Of a stretch of DNA of 24,744 nucleotides, positions 16,188 through 24,707 are shown in pieces (the stretch's first letter is position 1; the number at the start of each line of letters is the position of its first letter). The DNA is from a virus (taxonomy: Duplodnaviria; Caudoviricetes). The translations under genes and the position numbers were made by a program. The stretch is taken from positions 1 to 24,744 of the IMG/VR virus record IMGVR_UViG_3300038808_000005. One strand, written 5' to 3'. Under the pieces are notes generated by a model, which was not told the DNA's origin, ran no database searches, and saw only the letters and a program-made list of their open reading frames with translations.

Positions 16188-16703
16188 CTACATCTCAAAC
16201 CGCGTGCGCTCTGGCGGGGCGTCGATGTCCCATTCGCACAGCTTCTGATCCTTGAGGTACAGCTCCCAGTGCTCGGCCACGCAGTTGCCGCCCGGGTGGC
16301 ACGGTTCCTTCGGGTGCGTCGCGCTGTAGCGCGTGGGGTGGTCCGGGTCCGGTTTGACTATGACGGCTTCGCGCAGTGGCACGCGGATGCCGACATCTGC
16401 GGCGGTGTCGTTGAGCTGCTCGACATCGAAGAGCAGCGCCTTCTGGCGCTTCTCCGCGTTGTCCAGGGCGTCGGACTGGTTGACGCGCAGCCAGGCCACC
16501 AGGGGCACGAACAGGGCATCGGCGTGCCCGGCATAGTCCAGCACGGTGATTTCTGCCGTGTACAGGTATTCATAGGACAGGCTATCCGCCCCGGTGGCCA
16601 GCACCTGGCCGCCGGCCGCACGCACGATCAGGTTCTCAGGGTTCTCTGCCAGCTTCGGCACGGCCTGCAGGATGAGGCGGCGCAGGCTATCGAGTTTCCA
16701 CAT
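16188..16703 (-). CDS. R: Tail completion protein gpR
   Basis: 171 aa; K..SLR..I..AVP.L..NPE.L, SLSYEY.Y, VPL.AWLR.NQ.D. Confidence 0.92.
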   Translation of the reverse strand: MWKLDSLRRLILQAVPKLAENPENLIVRAAGGQVLATGADSLSYEYLYTAEITVLDYAGHADALFVPLVAWLRVNQSDALDNAEKRQKALLFDVEQLNDTAADVGIRVPLREAVIVKPDPDHPTRYSATHPKEPCHPGGNCVAEHWELYLKDQKLCEWDIDAPPERTRFEM

Positions 16704-17268
16704 GCTGGTGTTCCTGCGCCACGGCCTGCGGGCCTGCGTTGATGCGCTGCGCTACCGCGTCGAATGCGCGCTCGCAGGCGGCGCCTCTGGCGCGGGCCTG
16801 GTCAGCTGTTGACGCCAGGACTCCCGCTCGCTCATCAGCGCGGCCGAGCACGTCGGCAAGCACTCCGATGGCGTCGGCAGTTGCCTCGCGCTCTGCGGCA
16901 GTGGCGGCACTTCGGGCCATGTTTTGGAAATCTCGGGTGCGCTGTTCAAGGAGCCTGTCGCTGCGCAGCCGGCCAGCGCGTTCAGCATCAGCAACGCGGC
17001 CCAGGGCCTCATTTTCCTCACGGGCTTTCCTTTCCTGTTCTTCCATCGCCTGCCGGGTCTGCCTGTCATAGCGGCCCACGGCCTCGATGTAGCGGGTGAT
17101 TTCGGTCTGGGCCTTTGCTGTCTTCTCTGCCAGGCCCTTCAAGGTTTGCGCTTGCTGGGCCTTGAGGTGGCTGATACGCAGCTGCTGCACGCTCAGGGCG
17201 GCCGCCACAGCAACCAGTACCCCAGCCCACAGCACAGCGGATTGCATCACTCCGCGTTGGTGGTTCAT
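16687..17268 (-). CDS. Inner-membrane spanin (Rz/LysB-like, DUF2514-like)
   Basis: 193 aa from ATG 17268 (ATGA overlap with endolysin); N-terminal TM segment, coiled coil, LADVLGRADERAG.LA..ADQARARG.ACERAFD. Confidence 0.8.
   Translation of the reverse strand: MNHQRGVMQSAVLWAGVLVAVAAALSVQQLRISHLKAQQAQTLKGLAEKTAKAQTEITRYIEAVGRYDRQTRQAMEEQERKAREENEALGRVADAERAGRLRSDRLLEQRTRDFQNMARSAATAAEREATADAIGVLADVLGRADERAGVLASTADQARARGAACERAFDAVAQRINAGPQAVAQEHQHVETR
16752..17012 (-). CDS. Outer-membrane lipoprotein spanin (Rz1-like), embedded in the i-spanin
   Basis: 86 aa; GAGGAAA before ATG; MRPWAALLMLNALAG-C lipobox; Pro-rich WPEVPPLP; second Cys pair CLPTC. Confidence 0.8.
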   Translation of the reverse strand: MRPWAALLMLNALAGCAATGSLNSAPEISKTWPEVPPLPQSARQLPTPSECLPTCSAALMSERESWRQQLTRPAPEAPPASAHSTR

Positions 17269-17795
17269 AGGGCCTCCAGGCACATCGCCATTTCGCGCCC
17301 TCTGCGCAGCTCCAGGCCGCGCAGGCGAATGCCTGCGGCAGTGACCCACGCCGGCAGTTGCTCGCACGCGGCGCGCACATCGCCGGCCTGCAGGCGCAGC
17401 AGCATGGTGGAATGCCGGCCGCTCTTGAGCCACACAAAGCCGTCTTTGCTGCCGGCCTGCCCTGGCCCCACGTTGTAGATGAAGCTCAGGAAGGCGGCCA
17501 GGGTCTGGTCAGGCATGCCATTGCGCACATGGGCCGGCACCCATCGCTCGAAGACTACCCAGGCCTCCTGTATGCCCTGGCGGGTCAGCAGGTCACATTC
17601 AGCCTGCGTGGCGCGGTCGCCCATCTGCACGCCACGGGTCCACCCTTCGCAGATGGTGGGAATGCCGATGGGGTCGCGGTATGCGCCCAGCCTGCGGCCT
17701 TCCTCCACGGGCAGGAACTGAGCCAGCAGACCAGCCACCCCCACGGCCACTGCCGAGGCTCCTGCAGCAATCTTGATGTTGCTGGGCCACTTCAT
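17265..17795 (-). CDS. SAR endolysin (GH24 lysozyme)
   Basis: 176 aa from ATG 17795; Gly/Ala-rich N-terminal hydrophobic segment then E-X8-D-X5-T (EGRRLGAYRDPIGIPT), FIYNVG, LRGL..RR..E. Confidence 0.92.
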   Translation of the reverse strand: MKWPSNIKIAAGASAVAVGVAGLLAQFLPVEEGRRLGAYRDPIGIPTICEGWTRGVQMGDRATQAECDLLTRQGIQEAWVVFERWVPAHVRNGMPDQTLAAFLSFIYNVGPGQAGSKDGFVWLKSGRHSTMLLRLQAGDVRAACEQLPAWVTAAGIRLRGLELRRGREMAMCLEAL

Positions 17796-18031
17796 AGGAC
17801 GGTCTCCCCGCCGGCCTCGTTTTCCAGCCAGGCGGTGAGCGCGCGTTCTTCGCGCCGGTCCTTGCGCCATTGCCAATACTGGCCCAGCAGCAGACCCACC
17901 ACGCCGACGATGATGCCCACGATGACGCCGATTTCGGAAATCGTCAGACCGCTGACCACGGCGCTGATGGCGCCACCGTAGGTTGCCGTCTTGCCGCCGA
18001 TGATGGCGACTTTCTCGATGCTGTCTGCCAC
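17792..18031 (-). CDS. Holin
   Basis: 79 aa, GTG start with GGAG RBS; hydrophobic segments then charged tail WRKDRREER; directly upstream of the endolysin. Confidence 0.85.
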   Translation of the reverse strand: MADSIEKVAIIGGKTATYGGAISAVVSGLTISEIGVIVGIIVGVVGLLLGQYWQWRKDRREERALTAWLENEAGGETVL

Positions 18032-18046
18032 TGTTTTCTCCCTCTC

Positions 18047-18277
18047 TCAGTCCCACAGGTAAACGCGCTGGCGGGTCGGTGCCGGCGCGGTGACGAGGCG
18101 CACCAGGTGCCCCTCTGGCAAGTCGTCTGCAAACCGGCCCAGGCCCGGATTGGCGGCCAGAGTGGCCTCCACGTTTCCGCCTGTGGCGCCCAGATGGCGC
18201 CATACGAGTCCGTCCAGCGTGTCATGCGCGTGCGCGCGCACAGCGAGCCCCGGCTGCATGTTTGCGGGTGCGGCCAT
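18047..18277 (-). CDS. X: Tail protein gpX (LysM-like)
   Basis: 76 aa; VRA...DTLD.L.WRHLG, VE..L.ANPGL, LP.G..V.L, LWD end. Confidence 0.95.
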   Translation of the reverse strand: MAAPANMQPGLAVRAHAHDTLDGLVWRHLGATGGNVEATLAANPGLGRFADDLPEGHLVRLVTAPAPTRQRVYLWD

Positions 18278-18278
18278 C

Positions 18279-18758
18279 TCAGATCAGCTCCACGATGGTT
18301 CGCCGCCGGCCGCGCAAATCCGCGATGGCGTTGCGCAGGTTCCGCTGGAATGTGTCCACGCGGATCTCCAGGCGGGACAGCACACGCCCTTCCTTGCCCT
18401 CTCCGTTCGGCAGGGTGTCCAAATCGCGGTAGGCCTCTGCCAGCTCGGCCTGCACATGGCTTTGCACGGCCCGCAGGAACTGCGCAGGCTTGACGCTCTT
18501 GCCGTCCACCTGGCGCGCTGGCACCTTGTCCAGGGCGTCATGGCCGGCGGCCACCTGCTCGGCCCGCCAGGCTTCCAGCTGCCCCGTGATGTCGGCCACG
18601 GCCAGCACCACGGCCTGGCGCAATCGCTCGGGGGTCACGGTCGCGTCAAAGCGGCATTCCTTGAGCATGCGGTCTGCGTCCACATCGGGCCACCAGCCAT
18701 CGCCGGCAACAGTGCCCGTTGGCCTCTGGTTCGGTGGGTTGACGTTGGATACAAACAT
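18279..18758 (-). CDS. L: Head completion protein gpL
   Basis: 159 aa; GWWPDVD, VTPERLRQA, L.EAYRD.DT...G, AIADLRG..RTIVELI end. Confidence 0.95.
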   Translation of the reverse strand: MFVSNVNPPNQRPTGTVAGDGWWPDVDADRMLKECRFDATVTPERLRQAVVLAVADITGQLEAWRAEQVAAGHDALDKVPARQVDGKSVKPAQFLRAVQSHVQAELAEAYRDLDTLPNGEGKEGRVLSRLEIRVDTFQRNLRNAIADLRGRRRTIVELI

Positions 18759-18778
18759 GCAGGCTCCGGTGTTGAGGT

Positions 18779-18850
18779 GTGGCGGTGGCCCAGGGCGTTG
18801 GACGGTGCTGTGTCAGCTGTCCTTGCCCTGGGGCCGCCACGGGCGCGGGG
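18779..18850 (-). other. Structured M-L intergenic element
   Basis: Nested stems GTGGCGG(18779-85)/CCGCCAC(18834-40) and CCCAGGGC(18789-96)/GCCCTGGG(18825-32). Confidence 0.6.
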
Positions 18851-18874
18851 TACGCTCGGTTTCGGCGGTTGGAG

Positions 18875-19579
18875 CTATGCCTCTTTCTTGAGGCGGCGCT
18901 CCAGCCGCTCGATGTCTTTTTTCACGCCGGTACGGGTGTCCAGCTCGAAGGCGCGCTTGAGCAGCGGCATGGCCTTGCGGCATGCGGTGATGGGACGGGA
19001 CTCCATGTCCACATCGCTGCTCGATGTCTTGCCCAGCAGCGCCCAGCCGGCGGCCTTGTAGAGCTTGGCGCGGGCCTGGTCGTGTGCATCCAGGCCATCG
19101 GTCATGGCGATGACCTCGGCCGTGATGCGCACGGCTTCCTTGCCGGCCAGCCGGCCCGCCATCACGGCCTCGCCTACCTCATCGATCACGATGGTTTGCA
19201 CGGGCCGCTCGAATCTGTCGGGCATCTTGAGCCCGTGCTCTAGCGCGTATTTGGCGAGCGCCAGGCCTCGGTCATACATCCCTGCATCCAGGCTCCACAG
19301 CAGGACCGTGGCCAGCACGTCGTCCTGCACGCCCGGCGCGGCCTGCAGTACCGCGTCGATGTAGTCGTCAAACTCGGGCAGCATCGTTCGCTTCATCTCG
19401 GCGCGCCGCTCCAGGCTCTGCACGTCCTTCAGGCGCAGGCGGAACTGGTGCAGCTGCGTCAGCTGCATTTCATAGGCCGAGCCTGTGGCCTCGCCGTGCG
19501 CGCCGGCATCGGCCGCCTGCTGGGCTTGCTTGGCCGCCAGCACGCGCAAGCGGTGCCGCTGGGCTGGTGATTGGTTCAT
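18875..19579 (-). CDS. M: Terminase small subunit gpM
   Basis: 234 aa; SPAQRHR.RV.A, RLK.VQS.E.RAE.KR.MLP, QDDVL, DQARAKLYKA.G, GVKKDIERLER. Confidence 0.96.
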   Translation of the reverse strand: MNQSPAQRHRLRVLAAKQAQQAADAGAHGEATGSAYEMQLTQLHQFRLRLKDVQSLERRAEMKRTMLPEFDDYIDAVLQAAPGVQDDVLATVLLWSLDAGMYDRGLALAKYALEHGLKMPDRFERPVQTIVIDEVGEAVMAGRLAGKEAVRITAEVIAMTDGLDAHDQARAKLYKAAGWALLGKTSSSDVDMESRPITACRKAMPLLKRAFELDTRTGVKKDIERLERRLKKEA

Positions 19580-19633
19580 GGGTTCCCCGCTGGTGTGGCG
19601 CCGGCCCGTTCAGAGCCGGCGCGCTGGCTGCTA

Positions 19634-20656
19634 TCAGGCTTCGGGCTCGATCTCGATGTTTTCGATCAGCACGGCCTTGCCCAGGTCTTCGATGACGAAA
19701 GCATCGTTGGAGCTTTCGTAGGTCTCCACGCGGTCGCGCTTCGGGTTGTCCAGAATCGAACGGCGGCGCCCGCCTTCCTGGTAGTAGATGGACAGGTTGG
19801 ACCAGCTGGTGACCAGAATGGCGCCGGGGATAAAGAACGGCACGGCGTTGGCCGCCAGGCGCCCCAGGCGGGCCTGGCTCGTCACGATGCTGGCGGCCAG
19901 GATCTCGGTGGGCGCCTTCTGGCCATCGACCAGAGGAAACAGCTTGTCGTGCATCAGGTCGCGGCCTGTGATCGCCACCAGATCCGCGGCTTCGGCATGC
20001 CAGGGGTCCAGCAGCGTTTTGTAGGCGTCGTAGACCAGACCATCGAGGGTCTTGAAGTCATTGCCCGCACTGTGTCCAACCTTGATCTTCCCGCTGCCCT
20101 GCACGACTTCATGCAGCACACGCTCCGGCGCTGTGTTACGCAGTTGCTGCAGAAAGCCTATGTTCACATCCTGCAGCAGGGGATTGGCCGCGATGTCGGT
20201 GTCTGCGGCCACGCTGGTGCCGTTCCAGCCCACCATGATGCGATCCAGGGCGCAGCGTTCGTAGATGCTGCGGGACAGGCGCGGCTGGAAGTCCTTGAAC
20301 TTCGCCCACATGTCCAGGGTCTGGTAGCGCGTGTGGGTGTCGTAGTTGGTCTTTTCGCAGCGGTATTTCGTGCCGTCGATGGCCTTCACATCGCGGGTCT
20401 GGCGGTCCTTGGTTTGCGTGTTGGTGCGGCTGGCAATCGGCCCGGTCACGCCCAGGTAGAGCTTTTCGCCTTCCATTTCCGTGACCGGCACGATGTTGAT
20501 GCGCTTGAGCAGCTCGCTGGATTCTTGGATCTTGGTTTCCAGGCGCTGCTGCACGCTGGGCTCGATGGCGAATTTCTCGGCGGCGCTTTCAACGCCATTG
20601 AGCTGGGCCTGGTCCTTCAAGAACTGGTTGTATTGCTGGCGGGTGAGCTTTTGCAT
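19634..20656 (-). CDS. N: Major capsid protein gpN (P2 family)
   Basis: 340 aa; F.IEPSVQQ.LE.KIQESS, G.IASRT.T, LD.WAKF.DFQ, ALDRIMVGWNG, NPLLQDVNIG.LQ, ENIE. Confidence 0.98.
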   Translation of the reverse strand: MQKLTRQQYNQFLKDQAQLNGVESAAEKFAIEPSVQQRLETKIQESSELLKRINIVPVTEMEGEKLYLGVTGPIASRTNTQTKDRQTRDVKAIDGTKYRCEKTNYDTHTRYQTLDMWAKFKDFQPRLSRSIYERCALDRIMVGWNGTSVAADTDIAANPLLQDVNIGFLQQLRNTAPERVLHEVVQGSGKIKVGHSAGNDFKTLDGLVYDAYKTLLDPWHAEAADLVAITGRDLMHDKLFPLVDGQKAPTEILAASIVTSQARLGRLAANAVPFFIPGAILVTSWSNLSIYYQEGGRRRSILDNPKRDRVETYESSNDAFVIEDLGKAVLIENIEIEPEA

Positions 20657-20695
20657 GTCGGTTTCCTCGGTCTGGTGTAGTGGGCTGGCCAGGGG

Positions 20696-21481
20696 TCAGC
20701 AGTCGGCCTTCTCGTAGCCGGCGCCACCGGTGTTCAGCGGTCGCTTGTTGGGGTTGCTGTCGGTTTTCTCGACCTTCTCGCGGAACTCGGCGAAGGCCTC
20801 CAGGTGTTCCTCCAGCTTCTTGCGCAGGTCTTGCTGCTCGGTGCCGAACTTGGACACCTTGCCGTCCAGCGCTTCCATGGCGTTGCCGGCCTCCTGCATG
20901 GCCTCGGTCATTTCCGCCGCGAATTTCTCGCCGGTTTCCTGGCGGCCGGACAGGCGCTTGAACTTGGCCAGCAGCTTGGAAACCACTCCATCGCGGGCCG
21001 GGCCTGCCTCGGTCTCGTCATCGCTGAATTCCAGCTCCGTCTCGATGAACTTCGAGAAGACCTGCTTGCCGTCCTTGGCCGAGAACGAAAGTGCTTCACA
21101 GCCGGTGCTGGCCGGGCTGTCGGTCACAGCCAGGCCCATCAGATAGGCCTCGCCCTTGCCTTGGAAGTTGGGTTCCACCTCAATGGAGCTGTAAATCTTC
21201 TTGCCCTGGCGATTCATGGCCACCAGCGATTCCAGCGGCTTGATGCTTGCGAACAGGGCCAGCAGGCCGTCCTCGACCTCGCGGGCCTCGACTTCCAGCA
21301 CGTCGCCCTGCGCGCTGAATGGGCTGTCATGCCACACGCTGCGCTGGTGCTCCACCCAGACCCGCGCGCCGTACTTGGCACGGTTGTAGGTGTTGGCAAT
21401 CTGTTCGATCCATTCGCGTTTGATTTCGCGCCCATCCACCGTCTTGCCTTCGGTGGCGACCCGGAAAAATTTCTTGCTCAT
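20696..21481 (-). CDS. O: Capsid scaffolding protein/protease gpO
   Basis: 261 aa from ATG 21481; KFFRVATEG.T.DGR.I, K.YSSIE, YL.GLAVTDSPAS.G.E.L.FS, C-terminal ADC. Confidence 0.96.
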   Translation of the reverse strand: MSKKFFRVATEGKTVDGREIKREWIEQIANTYNRAKYGARVWVEHQRSVWHDSPFSAQGDVLEVEAREVEDGLLALFASIKPLESLVAMNRQGKKIYSSIEVEPNFQGKGEAYLMGLAVTDSPASTGCEALSFSAKDGKQVFSKFIETELEFSDDETEAGPARDGVVSKLLAKFKRLSGRQETGEKFAAEMTEAMQEAGNAMEALDGKVSKFGTEQQDLRKKLEEHLEAFAEFREKVEKTDSNPNKRPLNTGGAGYEKADC

Positions 21482-21517
21482 AGCGTGCAGCCAGTGGTGA
21501 GAGTTGATCTGGTGCCT

Positions 21518-21616
21518 ATGTTCTTTCGGTGCAAGTTTTGTAGCAATCAGCGCGCTCTGTGGCTGTACGAGTGACAGTTTTTGCATGCTGCTTTTCGCGC
21601 GCGCGCGGGACAAACT
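21518..21616. promoter_or_regulatory. Divergent late promoters pO/pP sharing one TGT-N13-ACA dyad (21558-21576)
   Basis: CTGTGGCTGTACGAGTGACAG; -10 GAACAT on minus (21518-23) and CAAACT on plus (21611-16), each 34 nt from the dyad. Confidence 0.8.
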
Positions 21617-21623
21617 CCCAGTC

Positions 21624-23552
21624 ATGCCCAGCACTGCAAAACGCGCCAGGCCGGCGCCGCATCGCGCAGCGGCATCGGCCAAGAAAGCGCCCGCCAAGAC
21701 CGCCGCGAAGAAGCCCACCAGGCAGGCCGACAACCCTCTGCCCTTTGGCCTCGATGGCCTGCCCACAGCGGCGGGCTCAGGTTTGCCGGCTGGCCCGTCC
21801 AGTCCCGTGGACGGCGGCGCCGGTGTGCGCCGCGAAGCGAGGGCGCTGTTCTGGATGGGCTGGAAGTTCACGCATATCGCCGAACGGCTGGGCGTGCCGC
21901 GCACCACGCTGATCGGCTGGTCGCGCGCTGATGGCTGGGAAGAGGCCAAGCCCGTTGACCGTGTGGCTGGCACGCTGGAGTCGCGTCTGGTCTCGCTCAT
22001 CGCCAAGGACCAGAAGACCGGCGGCGACTTCAAGGAAATCGACCTGCTCACGCGGCAGATGGAGCGCCTGGCGCGTATCGACAAGTATGGGCAGACGGGC
22101 CGCGAAAGTGACCTGAATCCCAACATCGAGCTGCGCAATGCCGGGCCGAAAAAGAAGCCGGAAAAGAACGCCATCACGCCCGAGCAGGTGGACGTGCTTT
22201 GCAAAGCCTTCCTCGATTCGCTGTTCGACTACCAGCGCACCTGGTGGGGTGCAGCCATGGAGCGCACCCGGCAGATCCTCAAGAGTCGGCAGATCGGCGC
22301 CACCTGGTACTTTGCCCGTGAGGCATTGATTGATGCGCTCCAGACGGGGCGCAATCAGATTTTCCTGTCGGCCAGTAAGAACCAGGCCCATGTGTTCCGC
22401 AACTACATCATCGCTTTCGTCAAGAAAGAGATTGGTGTCACGCTCACAGGCGATCCCATCATCTTGCCCAATGGGGCCGAGCTGATTTTCCTGGGCACCA
22501 ACTCGCGCACGGCCCAGAGCTACCACGGCAATCTGTACTTCGATGAATATTTCTGGACCACGAATTTCACCGAGCTGAACAACGTGGCCAGCGGCATGTC
22601 GTCGCACAAGCAATGGCGCCTGACGTATTTCAGCACGCCCTCCAGCCTGCAGCATGAGGCCTACGCGCTGTGGAACGGCTCGCACATCACCGACCGCAAG
22701 CTGGACATCGACCTGCGCCATGAGCACCTGGCCAATGGCTTTCGAGGCGCGGACGGCATCTGGCGCCACATCGTCACGGTCGAGGATGCTGAGCGCGGCG
22801 GCTGCACCTTGTTCGACATCGAGAACCTGCGCTCCACCAAGGCCGCCACTGTCTTCGCCAATCTGTACCTGTGCCAGTTCCTTGATGACGCGCTGGCCGT
22901 GTTTCCGCTGTCGCTGCTCCAGCGCGGCATGGTGGACCCCTGGGAGGCATGGAAGGACTTCAAGGCCTTCACACAGCGGCCCTTTGGGCACAAAGGCGTC
23001 TGGGTTGGATATGACCCCAGCCATACCGGCGACAAGGCCGCGCTGGTGGTCCTGGCGCCGCCTGAAAAGCCCGGCGGCAAGTTCCGCGTCCTGTACCGCA
23101 AGCAAATGCACAAGATGGAGTACGAGGACCAGGCGGCGGAAATCCAGCGCATCTGCCAGCAGTTCAACGTCGAGAAGATGACCATCGACACAACCGGCAT
23201 GGGGCAGGGCGTCTACCAGCTTGTGCGCAAGTTCTTTCCCGCCGTGCGTGGCCTGCGCTACAGCCTCGAAGCCAAGATCCTGCTGGTGCTCAAGGCCCAG
23301 ACCGTTCTGCGCGCAGGCCGGCTGGAATTCGACCAGGACGACAAGGAAATGGCCGCCAGCTTCATGTCGGTCAAGCAGGAGATGACGCCCACGGGCCGCT
23401 CCATCACCTACAGCAGCGGCCGTTCGGAGCAGACCGGCCATGGTGACCTGGCGTGGGCAACCATGAATGCGCTTTCCAACGAACCACTGGAGCAGGGGAC
23501 CGAGTTCGCCGGCTCCACGCTCTCGCAATCCTTTGTGGAGATATCCGAATGA
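21624..23552 (+). CDS. P: Terminase large (ATPase) subunit gpP
   Basis: 642 aa from ATG 21624; KTGGDFKEIDLL.RQ.ERLAR, ILKSRQIGATWYFAREAL, GNLYFDEYFW, VWVGYDP, GHGDLAWATM.AL.NEPL. Confidence 0.97.
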   Translation: MPSTAKRARPAPHRAAASAKKAPAKTAAKKPTRQADNPLPFGLDGLPTAAGSGLPAGPSSPVDGGAGVRREARALFWMGWKFTHIAERLGVPRTTLIGWSRADGWEEAKPVDRVAGTLESRLVSLIAKDQKTGGDFKEIDLLTRQMERLARIDKYGQTGRESDLNPNIELRNAGPKKKPEKNAITPEQVDVLCKAFLDSLFDYQRTWWGAAMERTRQILKSRQIGATWYFAREALIDALQTGRNQIFLSASKNQAHVFRNYIIAFVKKEIGVTLTGDPIILPNGAELIFLGTNSRTAQSYHGNLYFDEYFWTTNFTELNNVASGMSSHKQWRLTYFSTPSSLQHEAYALWNGSHITDRKLDIDLRHEHLANGFRGADGIWRHIVTVEDAERGGCTLFDIENLRSTKAATVFANLYLCQFLDDALAVFPLSLLQRGMVDPWEAWKDFKAFTQRPFGHKGVWVGYDPSHTGDKAALVVLAPPEKPGGKFRVLYRKQMHKMEYEDQAAEIQRICQQFNVEKMTIDTTGMGQGVYQLVRKFFPAVRGLRYSLEAKILLVLKAQTVLRAGRLEFDQDDKEMAASFMSVKQEMTPTGRSITYSSGRSEQTGHGDLAWATMNALSNEPLEQGTEFAGSTLSQSFVEISE

Positions 23553-24613
23553 CAGAAGCCCCCCAGGCCAACGCAGCGCCCGGCAATACTGCAGCCGCCG
23601 AGTCAGCGCCCGCAGGCCCCGCGCGCTCTGTGATGTTCACCTTTGGCGATCCTGAGCCAGTTGTGGGCGGGCGCGCTTCCATCCTCGAATACATCGAGTG
23701 CATGGATAACGGCCGCTGGTATGAGCCGCCTGTCAGCTTTGCTGATCTGGCGCGCATGCTGCGTGTCGGTGCCCACCATGAGTCCGCCATACGCTTCAAG
23801 GTCAACGTGTTGACCAGCACGCTGATGCCGTCGCCCTACCTGTCGCCCGGTGCCTTCCAGGCCTTCGCCTTGGACTACCTCACGCTGGGCAATGGCTATC
23901 TGGAAAGCCGGCGCAATCTGGTGGGGAGCCTGCTCCGGCTGGAGCACACGCTTGGCAAGTACATGCGGCGCGGCAAAGAAGCTGGGCAATATTTCCAGAT
24001 CAGCGATTTCCAGAACGAGCACGAATTCCCGGCCGGCCAGGTCTTCCACCTGCGCGAGCCCGACATTCATCAGGAGGTGTACGGCCTGCCGCAGTACCTC
24101 GGCGCCGTGCAGTCGGCCCTGCTCAACGAGGCCGCCACGCTGTTCCGCCGTCGCTACTACGCCAACGGCTCGCACGCTGGCTTCATCCTCTATGTGACCG
24201 ACCCCGCCCAGCATGAGGAAGACATCGAGGCAATGCGCGATCAGCTCATCAAGTCCAAGGGCGTGGGCAATTTCAAGAATCTCTTCTACTACGCGCCTAA
24301 CGGCAAAGCCGATGGCATCAAGCTGATTCCCATCAGCGAGGTGGCGGCTAAAGACGAATTCGTGAACATCAAGGCCAGCAGCAGGGATGACGTGCTGGCC
24401 GCGCATCGGGTTCCGCCCCAGCTGATGGGCATGGCACCGAACAACGTGGGCGGTTTCGGGGATGTGGAGAAGGCCGCGAAGGTGTTCGCTCGCAACGAAA
24501 TCCGGCCGCTGCAGTCGCGCATCAAGGATGAGCTGAATGCCTGGGCGGGCAAACCCGTGTGCAGTTTTCGCGCGTACTCACTCGAAGACGATGAGCAGCA
24601 TGCTGCCACGTAG
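23549..24613 (+). CDS. Q: Portal protein gpQ (PBSX family)
   Basis: 354 aa from ATG 23549 (ATGA overlap); FTFGDPEPV, WYEPPVS, EVYGLP.YL, LLNE.ATLFRR.YY.NGSHAGFILY, AAHRVPPQLMG. Confidence 0.97.
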   Translation: MTEAPQANAAPGNTAAAESAPAGPARSVMFTFGDPEPVVGGRASILEYIECMDNGRWYEPPVSFADLARMLRVGAHHESAIRFKVNVLTSTLMPSPYLSPGAFQAFALDYLTLGNGYLESRRNLVGSLLRLEHTLGKYMRRGKEAGQYFQISDFQNEHEFPAGQVFHLREPDIHQEVYGLPQYLGAVQSALLNEAATLFRRRYYANGSHAGFILYVTDPAQHEEDIEAMRDQLIKSKGVGNFKNLFYYAPNGKADGIKLIPISEVAAKDEFVNIKASSRDDVLAAHRVPPQLMGMAPNNVGGFGDVEKAAKVFARNEIRPLQSRIKDELNAWAGKPVCSFRAYSLEDDEQHAAT

Positions 24614-24642
24614 TCCTCAACTCCCGCTCCCCAAAAATCGGC

Positions 24643-24681
24643 AAGGCCCGCGAGGACTCATGTTGTCCGCGTGGGCCTTTG
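24643..24681 (+). terminator. Probable terminator hairpin of the P-Q operon
   Basis: AAGGCCCGCGAGGAC-TCATGTT-GTCCGCGTGGGCCTT, 30 nt after the Q stop, short T run. Confidence 0.6.
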
Positions 24682-24707
24682 TGATACGAAATTGATACGA
24701 AACTGAT
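24682..24707. repeat. 11-bp-period direct repeats TGATACGAAA x2 plus partial third TGAT
   Basis: 24682-24691, 24693-24702 and TGAT at 24704. Confidence 0.8.

Noticed and set aside
20696-22204. Long ORF-track starts for O, P, FI, I, endolysin, spanin and Q
   Set aside because: Upstream extensions overlap neighbouring genes or promoters; shorter starts fit RBS, stop/start coupling and family N-termini
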